From positions 1,212,030 through 1,229,666 of the forward strand of contig NW_002060960.1 of NCBI RefSeq assembly GCF_000150275.1: a DNA stretch of 17,637 nucleotides, read 5' to 3'. This DNA comes from Trichoplax adhaerens. Taxonomy: Eukaryota > Animalia > Placozoa. Shown piece by piece: positions 1-9,999 of this stretch (position 1 is its first letter; every line of letters starts with the position of its first letter). A program made the translations under genes and the position numbers. A model generated the notes under the pieces. That model did no database searches. It was given only the letters and a program-made list of their open reading frames with translations, and was not told the origin of the DNA.

Positions 1-59
1 GTTCTATTTCATACCTATTAGTATACTTGATAGATGACATAAAAACAACACACCTGAGA

Positions 60-704
60 TTTAGATAGCATTTAAATTTGTAAATCCTAATTATTAATAA
101 TACTAATGACTCTTCCTATCCAGGAATTCAATGGATTCTAGTTGATTCTAACAGCATGAACTTTATTCAAAGGAACAGCTTTGCCAGAATAACGGATCAT
201 CTGGATGAGTGATTTCACAAAACAAATAAGCAGCAGTACAAGAATTTATAGTGAGATATTTTGCGTTTTCTATCCATATTTGATAGAACATGCATTACTA
301 AAAAGCAAAGCCAAAGCCTAATTATTATTGATATCTAACTAATTTTCAACGATTTAAATAATTATTTGTTGTTTCTTAGGGACTGATTCATTAAACAGAG
401 ACTTAGATTTCTTATGTTATACTCAACTTGAAATTATAGACTGAATGTTCTAGGAAATGATTTGATTTGATACGCTGATGGTGGTTATTCTTGGAAAATT
501 CCTTCTTCTGTCTTCGTTAGATCATAGTTCAATTGTGAATTTATTGACACTCGTATGGTAATAGGACCTAATCGTAGATCGTATATTTGCAAGACTAAAA
601 ACTTCCACGCAATAAACTACTTCTTCATGAATCGATGGAGATTAATCTCTGAGAAATTCATCAATTACTTCAGTAAGAAAATTTTCGGAATAATACCCGT
701 ATAA
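60..704 (+). pseudogene. Decayed intronless leucine-rich-repeat gene fragment (LRRs plus LRRCT-like cap)
   Basis: 84-212 reads ILIINNTN...IQWILVDSNSMNFIQRNSFARITDHLDE* (fits LxxLxLxxNxLxxLxxxxFxxLxxL). Further pieces: QSLIIIDI (~312-335), TQLEIID (421-441) and LNVLGNDLI*YADGGYSW (441-494, LxLxGNPxxC...W-like). Multiple stops and frameshifts. Confidence 0.55.
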
Positions 705-1658
705 TAAAGTGTCCCGAGCATGAAATAAATAAAATAATATAGAAGCTTATCTCTACACTTCTAAAGTGCATTTATTTCGATCTATTTGCAGCAACAGTTG
801 TCTACAGTCAAACTCTAATCATCAGACCAAACAGTCCTCTTCAAATAAATAATTAATATACGCGTATTTCTTATCGCATAAATCAATGGGTTTAAAATAT
901 CATTCCCTACTTTTCTATTAATGCTCAACATCTCATGATGTTGGACATCTTTACAATTACGGTACATCAAGTCACATAGATCTTGCACTACATTTAATAG
1001 ACTGGCTAACATTAACTAGCAATCATCTAATACTAGCATCACATTAATATCTATTCTTAAACGTCTAATAGCTGTCTCAAACATAGGTATCAATACAATC
1101 TAATATTGGACGTATCACTACAACAGAACATGCTTCTTTATTACTCAATAACTTGACTATTGGATTTGTGGTGGAGACTTCGAAGAGTCTGCGAACGTAG
1201 AAACTGTAGACATGTCACAATAATTACGCGAAGGGTGTACTAGAAGAAGGAATATTTATTGTAGAGAGTAAATAGGCTACAGTGTGGTAGTTAAAGGTAG
1301 ATCAGCGTGTAAGCTGTCGTGAAGTAAGGTCTGTTGATACTAATATCAGCAAATGTAACTAACAATACTAAGGCAGAAATCATCAATATTCATAGATTAA
1401 AAACTAAAACACATGTAGATAACAGGATTGCAGAACTACATATGACATTTACCATAAACAGACAAAGAAATAGCAAATGATTGTAGGAAACAGCGAAGGC
1501 TGCATGGTGCTATAAATAACTAAACATAACAAGCTCTATTTGAGTATAGTTGAAATAGACTGTAAAGCTATCTATATTCGGCACAATACAAAATGTTTAT
1601 ATTTAAGAATATATTAAGGTTATACTTAAATCTAAATACACTACAAAATTAAAATAAA

Positions 1659-1664
1659 TTTATT
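1659..1664 (-). promoter_or_regulatory. Candidate polyadenylation signal (AATAAA) for the mosaic receptor gene
   Basis: TTTATT on +, about 105 nt after the stop codon. AT-rich context, so weak. Confidence 0.35.
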
Positions 1665-1768
1665 CTTCAATTACATATCTCAGATACAATATTTGTATCT
1701 ACCTATAATTACTAATGTGCTAAATTGCAGTTCTACTATGCATTTGCTGCTGCAAAATAAGAATTCAT

Positions 1769-1887
1769 TTATGGCCCAAATAATAAAACTGATTGTAAGG
1801 ATGCTGCAACTACACAAACAAGAATTGTAATCGTAGTATACATATTGGTAGCTTGAAATAAGCTGGAAGCCCTACCAAATGCAGTAG
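1769..1887 (-). CDS. Exon 17: terminal exon with GPI-anchor-type hydrophobic C-terminus
   Basis: STAFGRASSLFQATNMYTTITILVCVVAASLQSVLLFGP*: small residues, a spacer, then a hydrophobic tail running to the stop with no cytoplasmic segment. Confidence 0.8.
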
Positions 1888-1997
1888 CTATAATCGTTAT
1901 TAAAAAAAGGAATTGAAGCATTAATAAAGAATTATTACAAGAGTATACGGAAATAGCAATTCTTAAGGCTTTAAAATAGTAGATAGGAAATCATTAC

Positions 1998-2091
1998 ATT
2001 TGGCATTGTTGATCCAAAATCTATTTAGCATGATCCCACGTGATGACGGCTCATTGGTGCCGGTTGGATGAAACGTAAACTCAATTTCAAT
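1998..2091 (-). CDS. Exon 16: MAM domain 2, part d
   Basis: ctatttcag acceptor and GTAATG donor: IEIEFTFHPTGTNEPSSRGIMLNRFWINNAK; 94 nt, phase 0-1, like exon 7 (91 nt). Confidence 0.8.
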
Positions 2092-3080
2092 CTGAAATAG
2101 TTGGAATGAATCATCTAGTGTTAAATTCTCCTAAGTTAGGCTATAAGGCGTTCTTGAAGTATTGTGAGCGAGTTGCTGTAATTGTTACATAAGTAATAGG
2201 CGTACCCTGACTTATGTAAAATAAACAATAAATATATCCTAATCCTACTATTGTCCTTTAATGAGCTGTATCATGATTCTCGTTGCATTGCGTTAGTAAT
2301 AATTATATAAGTTAGATTATTAACAATGTAGAATTGTAAAACTAATTCATATTCGAGTAAGTGCAAGTGAATTAGTTAGAGACTTAATTTATAAGATAGC
2401 TCGAAGGTCCAATCTTATTCTTATCGTAATTAATCTTAAGGTAGGTGCGTGAACTAACGTATTTAAAATTATAGGAAAAAGTTACACAAATTTAGATCTT
2501 GAAGCATGCGACAGAAAACATTGATAATAGCTACTCGTGAGTATAGGTAGAAGGCATAAAAGCAAGTTATTGTTTACGTTATATTAAGATATAGAATTTG
2601 AACCTAATGAAGATTGTCATTAGCGTCTAGCTGCTGATGAAAGTAGTTTCTATGTTATTACTATAGTCAATGTAACGCGCTGTACTCATTTACAACATTG
2701 ACAAAGTTAATATCCAAGTATATCATTGTTACGATGCGTAAGCTCGTCCTAATTATTGAGTAATATTAAATATTGTTTGTGTGATTCCTTTTTAGTTCGT
2801 TAGTCGGTTAGATAGTCAACTAGTTTATCAATTGATATTTAATTGTAAAGACTATAATCTTGTGTGCCAAGATTCCTTCAGTAATAAATGATAGTAAATC
2901 TCTGACTATTTCGTCTACATCATCTGTGACGCTATAATTATACCATAGTATTTGGTCGTTGGAACGGAAATATTTGGTGATATAGCTAATCTCGCCTCTT
3001 TAAGTTAGTAAGTGGCGTTCTCCGCAAGGATTGGCGTCTGTAGACTACTTTGTCACTAGTGGTGTGTAACAATCACTTAC

Positions 3081-3273
3081 TCTGAAGTCTTCTTGAGGAT
3101 TGAATTTTCTTTCTATATAACCTCTTAAGCCCCAGGAACTGCCTGTTATTGGTCATAAATAGATTACTTTTCCAGACTTCAACGTCCCCCATTTGACCGG
3201 AATTTGTACGATATCTAATTTGCCAAGTAACATTTTCGCCGCTAGTCCCAAGCTCATAATCATAAAAATACAT
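3081..3273 (-). pseudogene. Exon 15: MAM domain 2, part c, with a +1 frameshift near 3146-3150
   Basis: 193 nt between good splice sites, but both neighbours need phase 0. Removing one base gives ...VEVWKSNLFMTN-TGSSWGLRGYIERKFNPQEDFR, parallel to the exon 6 ending. Unrepaired, splicing to exon 16 hits TGA almost immediately. Confidence 0.75.
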
Positions 3274-3374
3274 CTAACGAAGGTACATCAAGGAGTATCG
3301 ATATAGATTTTCATTCAACTTGTTATATTTAAATTTATAGGTTAAGCATAAAATGTCGCTATTTGCTATCTAAC

Positions 3375-3487
3375 CGTAATTGGTCCCTGCTCAGGAGTGA
3401 AGCTAGGGCTAACCAGTAATGCGGTATCTGTTGTTGAATTACTTGTGTATGGAAATCTCTTTACGTAAATGTAGTAACTTCCTGCCC
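3375..3487 (-). CDS. Exon 14: MAM domain 2, part b
   Basis: GSYYIYVKRFPY...DTALLVSPSF matches MAM GxYxYxE...AxLxSP; phase 1-0. Confidence 0.85.
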
Positions 3488-3608
3488 CTGGTACATTTTC
3501 ATGAATAATAGTTCCAAATTACATTTAGCACGGTGGAAATATTAAAATGTTACTCAATATACTATATTGATTGAAACTACGAATGCTACGAAAAGTATAC
3601 ATATTTAC

Positions 3609-3734
3609 ATGTTACTGTAGGATTGTAATGGCCTTTATGGTTGCCATTATGCCATATCCAGGGTAGACTTCCCATCGACTTCCATCCACAAAATCCCTTA
3701 ATAAACGAACAATTTGCGGGCTGATTCTGAAAAT
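3609..3734 (-). CDS. Exon 13: MAM domain 2, part a
   Basis: DFQNQPANCSFIKGFCGWKSMGSLPWIWHNG; 126 nt, phase 1-1. Confidence 0.85.
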
Positions 3735-3919
3735 CTAAGAAATAATGATAAAATAAACATATACCTAATTAAAAATTTGTGCAACTAGCATCAATTTTAA
3801 CTTTTACTGTTTTACTCTAGCATATATTAGTATTCTTAAAATAGAAAATCAAATGACTGTTCGTCCTAACGCAGTACTGTGTCCAAGTTAATTAAGTAAG
3901 CTATCGTTATGATAAATAC

Positions 3920-4084
3920 CATATACTGTTTGATGAGGAATGCACGAAATTGTAGCTGTTGGAGTCTTAGTACACAATTTAGTGCTTGCAGTAGTAACAT
4001 GACATTGACTAAGCGACTTTTCATAACCTTCGCAATTGACCGATGTAATCAACGCTGCAGGATATGTTGCTCCCGTCATTATAA
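3920..4084 (-). CDS. Exon 12: SRCR domain 2, second half
   Basis: LITSVNCEGYEKSLSQC...C...ATISC; 165 nt, phase 1-1. Confidence 0.9.
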
Positions 4085-4223
4085 CTGCAATATATCAATT
4101 TGTTGGCAAACGTTAATTTAGGATTATTACAGCTATCTGCAAAAATCACTTGATATATATTAAGGCTAACTTTATAAGTATAAATAAGAAGATAATGTAA
4201 ACTATTCCTTTTAATTATTTAAC

Positions 4224-4385
4224 CTTTATCAGAAGATGCTGCAGCAAAATCAAGCTCACGGCAAACAACATCAGCAGAATAAGTATTCCATCCATCCCTG
4301 CAAATACCTCCAGTTTGGCTACCATAACGGATTTGGACTATTCCGAATGTTCCATTACTTATAGATAGTGCGTATGATATTGTAG
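4224..4385 (-). CDS. Exon 11: SRCR domain 2, first half
   Basis: GIVQIRYGSQTGGICRDGWNTYSADVVCRELDF; 162 nt, phase 1-1. Confidence 0.9.
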
Positions 4386-4521
4386 CTAAGAATTTATAAA
4401 CAGTGAGCATTAAATTAAGTTAGTAAATACGTTCTATTATTAAATGAAATAGAAGAATAATCTCAAGCTTTATAACACAGACAAAACAGTAAATGCCTTC
4501 AGCAACATCTTCTTTACTTAC

Positions 4522-4689
4522 ATAATATTGAATGCGGTGCTGATGGATAACATTGTAACGAGTATTGAGTGGAATGATATATTTGCACACTACTATTTAC
4601 CGTACATTCCGAAAATGATTTTGCGTCAGATGGACAAAAGAAATCATTGACAGAATTGCAAACTCCGCTTTCAATTCCTGATGGGTAAG
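4522..4689 (-). CDS. Exon 10: SRCR domain 1, second half
   Basis: SYPSGIESGVCNSVNDFFCPSDAKSFSECTVNSS...LQCYPS; ttgcag acceptor, GTAAGT donor, 168 nt, phase 1-1. Confidence 0.85.
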
Positions 4690-4806
4690 CTGCAATGAAT
4701 TTATTTATTTTAAAATATTTTTAGCATTATTTACTAAGGATATATAAGGGTATACATGATTATTTTAATTTTTAACAATGATTAATTATAACGCTTTTTA
4801 GCTTAC

Positions 4807-5004
4807 AATAGCGACTTCCATATATGCCTAATCCCATCTGTCTGCATATTAAATCTAAAGCTTTACTCGATAATTTTCTTTTTGGAGGGTAGTTGCGATC
4901 ATCGCATATTAAACGCCAATTACCGTCAATGTAAATAGATGGACGACCAAATCCATATTTATAGTTGTTGTCAAGGTAATTCATAGAAAGAGGATATTTA
5001 ATTT
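4807..5004 (-). CDS. Exon 9: SRCR domain 1, first half
   Basis: GRPSIYIDGNWRLICDD...LDLICRQMG matches SRCR GRVEV...G.WG.VCDD.W...VVCRQLG; GTAAGC donor. Confidence 0.9.
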
Positions 5005-5102
5005 CTAAATTAAAAAACATAGAAATGTTAATGTGATGATCTTCCGGTATTTTGGCGATAATATCATATAATATTAACTTTATCAATTATAAACTAACAT
5101 AC

Positions 5103-5393
5103 TTTCTAATGGATATGGTGCTTTAACAGTATCTGTCGTATTGTCTTGGCATTGTGGAATGCTGCAATCTTCAAGCTCCCAATTCGAGCTGTTAGATGAA
5201 TAAGACGTATAGCACCAAGGTCTATCTCGAACACTATTAGGATTACGACAATAATTTGAGGTAACTTCTTCCGATTTAGAAAATGATTGGTATGGATTGC
5301 CATCACTAGCCCAATGCAAGCATCGAGTTCCATTACTAGATTCTTTTACAGTCCCTCGATAAGACTGTCCAGTACCAGTGTAACAAGTTTTTT
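5103..5393 (-). CDS. Exon 8: Kringle domain
   Basis: CYTGTGQSYRG...CLHW...NYCRNPNSVRDRPWCYT...CSIPQC with all six kringle cysteines; 291 nt, phase 1-1. Confidence 0.95.
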
Positions 5394-6004
5394 CTAAACA
5401 TAAGTTCATTTCATTAAACTAAAAGGTCCTCACGTAAGAGTTCATGTCGAAACAAGAGCGATGATATTTTATTCAGAGAAGCTAAGCATCATTCAAGTAA
5501 TAAATATAAATACTATCAATATCAAGACCTACAACTAATACAATGGCGAAGAGAAATATGGCAAATTGTTGCCCCGAAAATTATAGTATCAGCCATAGCC
5601 ATTAAAATTTTAGGCAGCAAATATGCCAGAAAGCTATTCGAACATTTTAATACAATGGATAAAATGTTATCCAAATCAATTATATACTGTATTTCGATAG
5701 AAAATTAAATCGACTGGCTTCTAAAATTTATTTATACTATAGCTGCTTTATGTTACAACTAATAACACAAATCCAATTATTAAAATTTATTTGACTCCAG
5801 GGCTCTGATATAATATAATCTTATATCATTGATACTAAGACTCGAATCTACGTAGGTAATTCTTACACTGGAAAAGATTTTCATTTTCAAATCGAACTTT
5901 AAAATAATTTTGATAGCAAAATATGAAAGTTATACTTTACTTTGTTTATATTCATACTTTTATAAAAATTATTTAGTAAACTTTTAATATTTGAATTTCA
6001 TTAC

Positions 6005-6095
6005 CTTCTGCCCAAATTATAATTCCTGATATGATGAACTTGATTGGGCCACGCTGAACAGTTGCAATACTATCCCACTTTCCCCTTATTATGAT
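6005..6095 (-). CDS. Exon 7: MAM domain 1, part d
   Basis: Pyrimidine-rich acceptor and GTAATG donor: IIIRGKWDSIATVQRGPIKFIISGIIIWAE. Its phase-1 end matches the kringle exon start. Confidence 0.8.
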
Positions 6096-6545
6096 CTATT
6101 GATAATAAAAAAATGAAATGATATCGTATGAATTACTAGCATTAACAGAAAGTCCAATATTATACTTAACGTATTAAGGATTAAGATTTTATGTTAACAA
6201 TAGAAGAACCATTTTAATATCATCTTAAATGGATAAAGTTAACGGTTATCACTTGATTGCATCAACTCTTTATCATATGTTCTATGTTCTTTGAAGTATT
6301 TTGCAGTAGCTTTGAAGGAAAAATATTAAATATTGTATGTAAATTTTATATGAAAATTAACAAGCATGATGAATTGCAGACCTAAACAACAGATGTTGTA
6401 GCCAAAATAAAAAGCAAAATACTTCATTGACACCTGACGTTAAAAATTAATTTTATTCTCTAGAAAATTAAATATTCTTTTAAAATACTATCTAAGATAC
6501 ATTGTTATAACTATTAACCGAAAAAATTGCCAATCTGGTACTTAC

Positions 6546-6719
6546 TTGATAATCTTGATACAAAGGAGAGAAGCGCTTAAAAATATTAATCGCAGGATCG
6601 ATTGTATAAGTGATGCTCAATGATAAAATTTTGTATATTTTCTGACTATATCTTGGATATATGACTATCACATCAATTGCTCCATTATAAATTCCGTTAT
6701 ATCTATATGAGAGTCTGAC
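6546..6719 (-). CDS. Exon 6: MAM domain 1, part c
   Basis: tttttacag acceptor and GTAAGT donor; 174 nt, open, phase 0-0: VRLSYRYNGIYNGAIDVIVIYPRY...FSPLYQDYQ. Confidence 0.8.
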
Positions 6720-6941
6720 CTGTAAAAATGGTTTATGAATAACTTTTCAATCTAAAGCCTGTGATACACTGCACGTTATAAAAACAGACTAAATTTCTAG
6801 ATCTATTTTATTAGATCGAGGAGAACAATTATCGTGATAATTTACTACAATTTGTTCTGATCGAGCTACGCTTTATAACGCGGTTATCTGAAGCTGAAAT
6901 AAAATTGTTACCGACGATATTATTGACCATAATAAACATAC

Positions 6942-7057
6942 TGTAACTGATTTGACTTGGTAGGGTTTTATCATTGGAGGGCCAATCATATCAGCGAATT
7001 GTCCGTAATCTGGCTTTTGATATCTGAATCTTTGTAATTCATAACCATAATACTGAT
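6942..7057 (-). CDS. Exon 5: MAM domain 1, part b (5' boundary ambiguous)
   Basis: QYYGYELQRFRYQKPDYGQFADMIGPPMIKPYQVKSVT with GTATGT donor; parallels exon 14. The acceptor giving start 7057 keeps the frame. A stronger acceptor giving start 7121 needs removal of one base in an A-run near 7090. Confidence 0.7.
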
Positions 7058-7273
7058 CTTTCGTGTTATAAAAATAAAGTAAGTGACTATTTTAGTTTTA
7101 TGCCTTCTGCTAGTCTTCCGCCTAGAGAACTTGTTTCAAAATTTTAACACTACTATCTGTGATGATGACTAGCGAAATAGTTTAAAACCTCCTTTGAATG
7201 AGATATCATGCTGTAGTATCGTACAGTATTCACATTGAAATTAAAACCTATAATTTAAATTTAAATTTCTTAC

Positions 7274-7366
7274 TTCTTCTCCAATTGAGAAAATCAACAC
7301 CTTCCAATTGTTTCCATCCACAATCACTTTTGTTGAATATGCATTTATGGAAAGTAACGGGTTTTA
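7274..7366 (-). CDS. Exon 4: MAM domain 1, part a
   Basis: KPVTFHKCIFNKSDCGWKQLEGVDFLNWRR matches the MAM start CxF...CGW...D...W.R; tcatag acceptor, GTAAGA donor, phase 1-1. Confidence 0.85.
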
Positions 7367-7754
7367 CTATGAATACAACATATTACAACGATATCAAAGC
7401 ATTGATTAAGTTAAACTTGCAATTCGAAAAGTGCAAATCGGTAGTATCTTATTTCATTAATACTTTATGTAGAGCTAGGTCAAAAAATGATATTTTCAGA
7501 AGTATATTAAATAACAAAATTAAACTCTGGAGCTAATATCTCTTGCCAATTCAGTGGATATGCAGTATTCATTCATGATGCTTAACAATAATTATTACAT
7601 ATATTTATGAAAACAGCCAATACAAGCTTCTTTACTGCATTAATGTTTTCGAGACTATCAAAAATTAGTATATTTACAAATAGAAATGTGATATACAGTC
7701 AACTATCAAAAAATTCCAAAACTCCTAAAAATTCGAAGTATATTAGACGTTTTC

Positions 7755-8360
7755 ACAAAGACAACCTACGTATAATTCTACAGCAGCCGAATACAGGTAC
7801 TAGAAAGACTTTTAGAAAGAACTACTGAGTAAGCTGAAGTTCCATACTTTAACACCCTTCATATCATTTATAGCAACAATCATCCTCAATGCAGCACCTT
7901 ACCTTATTTTACAATTATTCAGATCATTACTAGTAATAATATTTTTAGCAGACTAACTATACTTCAGTATGATAACTGCTACAGTATTACATAAGCATTA
8001 CTTCTAACTGTCAAAATACGATGAGCTAACCATATCCTAATGTGTAACTGTAATAGCCTCACTGCTACTACGTACTCCACCATTTCATCATCAGCCACGG
8101 CTCGCTAAACATGCTTTATTGTATGCAAATTATTACAATAAGTTACATATTTATTTTTACCTCTATTCTAAAAAGTGACTATGCGCCCTTCTGTGTACTG
8201 TATAGTCATTTGTATTTTAGCATAAAATTTTCCATTACAGTCTATAGTTATGAGTTACTAAATAAGGATTATGATGAGCATAAAAAGCTGGTATAGCGCA
8301 CATCACACTAAACTTGGCTAGTAGTATATAATCCATAATTCAATACTAAGTTGCTTTACA
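7755..8360 (+). repeat. Old dispersed repeat, copy A (intron 3 of the mosaic gene; lacks the TIR element)
   Basis: Colinear blocks shared with 12217-13178: acaaaga, gccgaatac, aaagactt, ttaccttattttaca, ctacagtatt, taaccatatcctaat, tatttttacct, tatagtcat, actaaac.tggcta, caatactaagtt. About 90 bp extra around 8045-8140. Confidence 0.8.
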
Positions 8361-8379
8361 GGAAATCATATAAACTTAC

Positions 8380-8640
8380 TGTTAAAGCTGTACACCGAAT
8401 TCGAATTCTGAGTTGCCTTTTTTAGTCTTTGGCTTTCATCTAATTTAAATTTAGAAAATTTTAAAGTTAAAAATATTTGGAGTTCCATATCTAGAGCAGG
8501 CAAGACTTCGAATTCCTACTGGTTTAACTAGAAGGATTCTGGCAAAATATCTTGAAATACCGTATCCTGTATACACAGCAGTAGTTTGCACCGTACTGTA
8601 GGTGCAGTAAGCATGCCAGATTCATTCTGGACATTGTGAA
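8380..8640 (-). pseudogene. Exon 3: N-terminal part of a CUB-like domain with two in-frame TAG codons
   Basis: ttttctttag acceptor and GTAAGT donor; 261 nt, phase 1-1: VHNVQNESGMLTAP...DILPESF*LNQ*EFEVLPALDMELQIFLTLKFSKFKLDE. Resembles the CUB pattern SGxITSP...CxWxIxV...IxLxFxxFxL, with the second stop at the conserved Trp position. Confidence 0.6.
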
Positions 8641-9033
8641 CTAAAGAAAATTTACGTATATTAAAATGTATTCATAATTATTGCCTACTCAAAACTAATA
8701 CAACTGTTATTCATTAATGAAATTGATAACTACTCATTAAGTTTTATTGTAATTAGGTTAACTTTCATGACATAATTTGGAGTATACTTTTAATTTAGTA
8801 AGAAATTATTAATTCAAGTACCATATTATTGTCAATCTTTCATCAAAATCATGACATAAATATATTGAGCTTTACGAAAATACATAAAAAATAATTTATA
8901 ACAGCTTTCCATTTATATCGACAACTTTTAGAGAGAGGAGACCATGTTGGTCATCACTGTTAAGATAGAAAGTACTAAGGACTCAGAGATTTATTTAAAG
9001 CATCGTTACGAATTCAGTTTAATGCTAGCTCAC

Positions 9034-9206
9034 CATCAAAATCAGAATTTTCGAGATAATTTTTATCTACCAATTCGTTTAGGAAAACGGGATCCTTTTC
9101 CCTAAGCATGCTACAAGTGCCATCTAAATTCAAGTCTGAAGTAGCTGCTAGTTTTATTAAATTCTTAACGATTTCACTATTACATAATCGTCTTTCTTCA
9201 ATAATT
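9034..9206 (-). CDS. Exon 2: LRRCT-like cysteine-containing segment
   Basis: ttctag acceptor and GTGAGC donor; 173 nt, open, phase 2 to 1: IIEERRLCNSEIVKNLIKLAATSDLNLDGTCSMLREKDPVFLNELVDKNYLENSDFD. The LRRCT identity is inferred from Cys spacing only. Confidence 0.65.
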
Positions 9207-9648
9207 CTAGAAATTCAAGAATGTATTAAACCTATTAAAGTTTCCTTTAGCAACATACGCTTTATAAAATTTTATCATGATAATCCGTTCCTGTGATTTA
9301 TTTTATCAGGATGCAAGTAAATGAATTCTGCTGAAATCAATTAAAACCAAAGCAGGTCGCTTCTATATTTAATTTTACGGTGGTGTTAGCTCGAGATTCT
9401 AATCAAATTTTCTGTGTTAAAATCATTTATAATCTTTCATAACTATTTCTTTCAAAAGTATCTCCGTTATTAGCATTTCTTTGCAGCAATCGGTCAAACG
9501 GCGTATTCAATATGGTAACTATCCATTTCGAGTACACAGTGGTTTTAGTGTGGACAACGATCACATAGGCAAATAAAATTTCTCTAAACTAAGTCTCGAA
9601 GCTCTTTTTCCAAGAAACGAGCTTCTCTTAGAAAATTGCTTAACTTAT

Positions 9649-9857
9649 ATGCGTTTAACTGTTTCAGGAATATTCAAGATAGTTTCGGATAGAGAATGGC
9701 AACTCATGACTTCATTCTGGCATTGGCAATCTGACGGACATTGATTAGTTTTCTGTAAGTTATCTTCTAATGTACTGCCTAAAACTAAAACAATTAAACT
9801 AGCTGCAAAGATGAGTGTAACTAAATAATTACGCCACTTTAACCAATCTATATTCAT
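9649..9857 (-). CDS. Exon 1: signal peptide plus LRR N-terminal cap (LRRNT)
   Basis: MNIDWLKWRNYLVTLIFAASLIVLVLG (hydrophobic core), then CPSDCQCQNEVMSCHSLSETILNIPETVKRI matching the LRRNT pattern CPxxCxC..C....IP. Ends at the usual phase-2 LRR position, but the donor reads ATAAGT. Confidence 0.85.
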
Positions 9858-9999
9858 CGTGGTTTAATTTTAATACGACAATTAACTTTAGACTGTGCCG
9901 ATGGAACAACTTATAGTACCTTTACTATGCAGTGCTGCAACTGACAGTGAAAGCAAGTAAACTAATCAGAGATTTTAATGTCTATTCTCGATATGATTT

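Larger units (their letters stand above)
1769..9857 (-). pseudogene. 17-exon mosaic cell-surface receptor gene (SP-LRRNT-LRRCT-like-CUB-like-MAM-Kringle-SRCR-SRCR-MAM-GPI signal), probably recently pseudogenised
   Basis: Exons: 9857-9649, 9206-9034, 8640-8380, 7366-7274, 7057(or 7121)-6942, 6719-6546, 6095-6005, 5393-5103, 5004-4807, 4689-4522, 4385-4224, 4084-3920, 3734-3609, 3487-3375, 3273-3081, 2091-1998, 1887-1769. All have AG acceptors/GT donors in compatible phase except the listed lesions. Lesions: exon 1 donor ATAAGT (9648-9643), TAG at 8530-8528 and 8518-8516, +1 frameshift in 3273-3081. Confidence 0.8.

Noticed and set aside
815-1012. 65-aa ORF on -
   Set aside because: No recognisable motif or supporting splice structure; short chance ORF in AT-rich DNA.
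1653-1664. Palindromic AATAAATTTATT as a bidirectional poly(A) signal
   Set aside because: Very AT-rich context and no intact convergent gene close enough to use the plus-strand copy.
5529-5602. Hydrophobic stretch QQFAIFLFAIVLVV on - just upstream of the kringle exon, suggesting a separate signal-peptide exon
   Set aside because: It is out of frame with the nearby ATGs (5602, 5596), preceded by an in-frame TAA, and has a weak GTCTTG donor. Exon 7 already joins the kringle exon in phase.
7400-7740. Possible missing C-terminal CUB exon (e.g. PEFNFVI*YTSE on -)
   Set aside because: No open frame with consistent splice sites; too degraded to support.
3909-9296. Track ORFs 3909-4121+, 5106-5333-, 7198-7536+, 7607-7828+, 8111-8296+ and 9108-9296+
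   Set aside because: These are antisense or alternate-frame shadows of real exons, or lie in intron/repeat sequence, and show no protein motifs.
8516-9648. All three substitution lesions (AT donor, two TAGs) could be repaired by A-to-G, hinting at A-to-I editing
   Set aside because: G-to-A transitions are among the commonest mutations, editing cannot fix the exon 15 frameshift, and no nearby duplex partner is visible. Only RNA/DNA mismatches at 9648, 8529 and 8517 would revive the idea.
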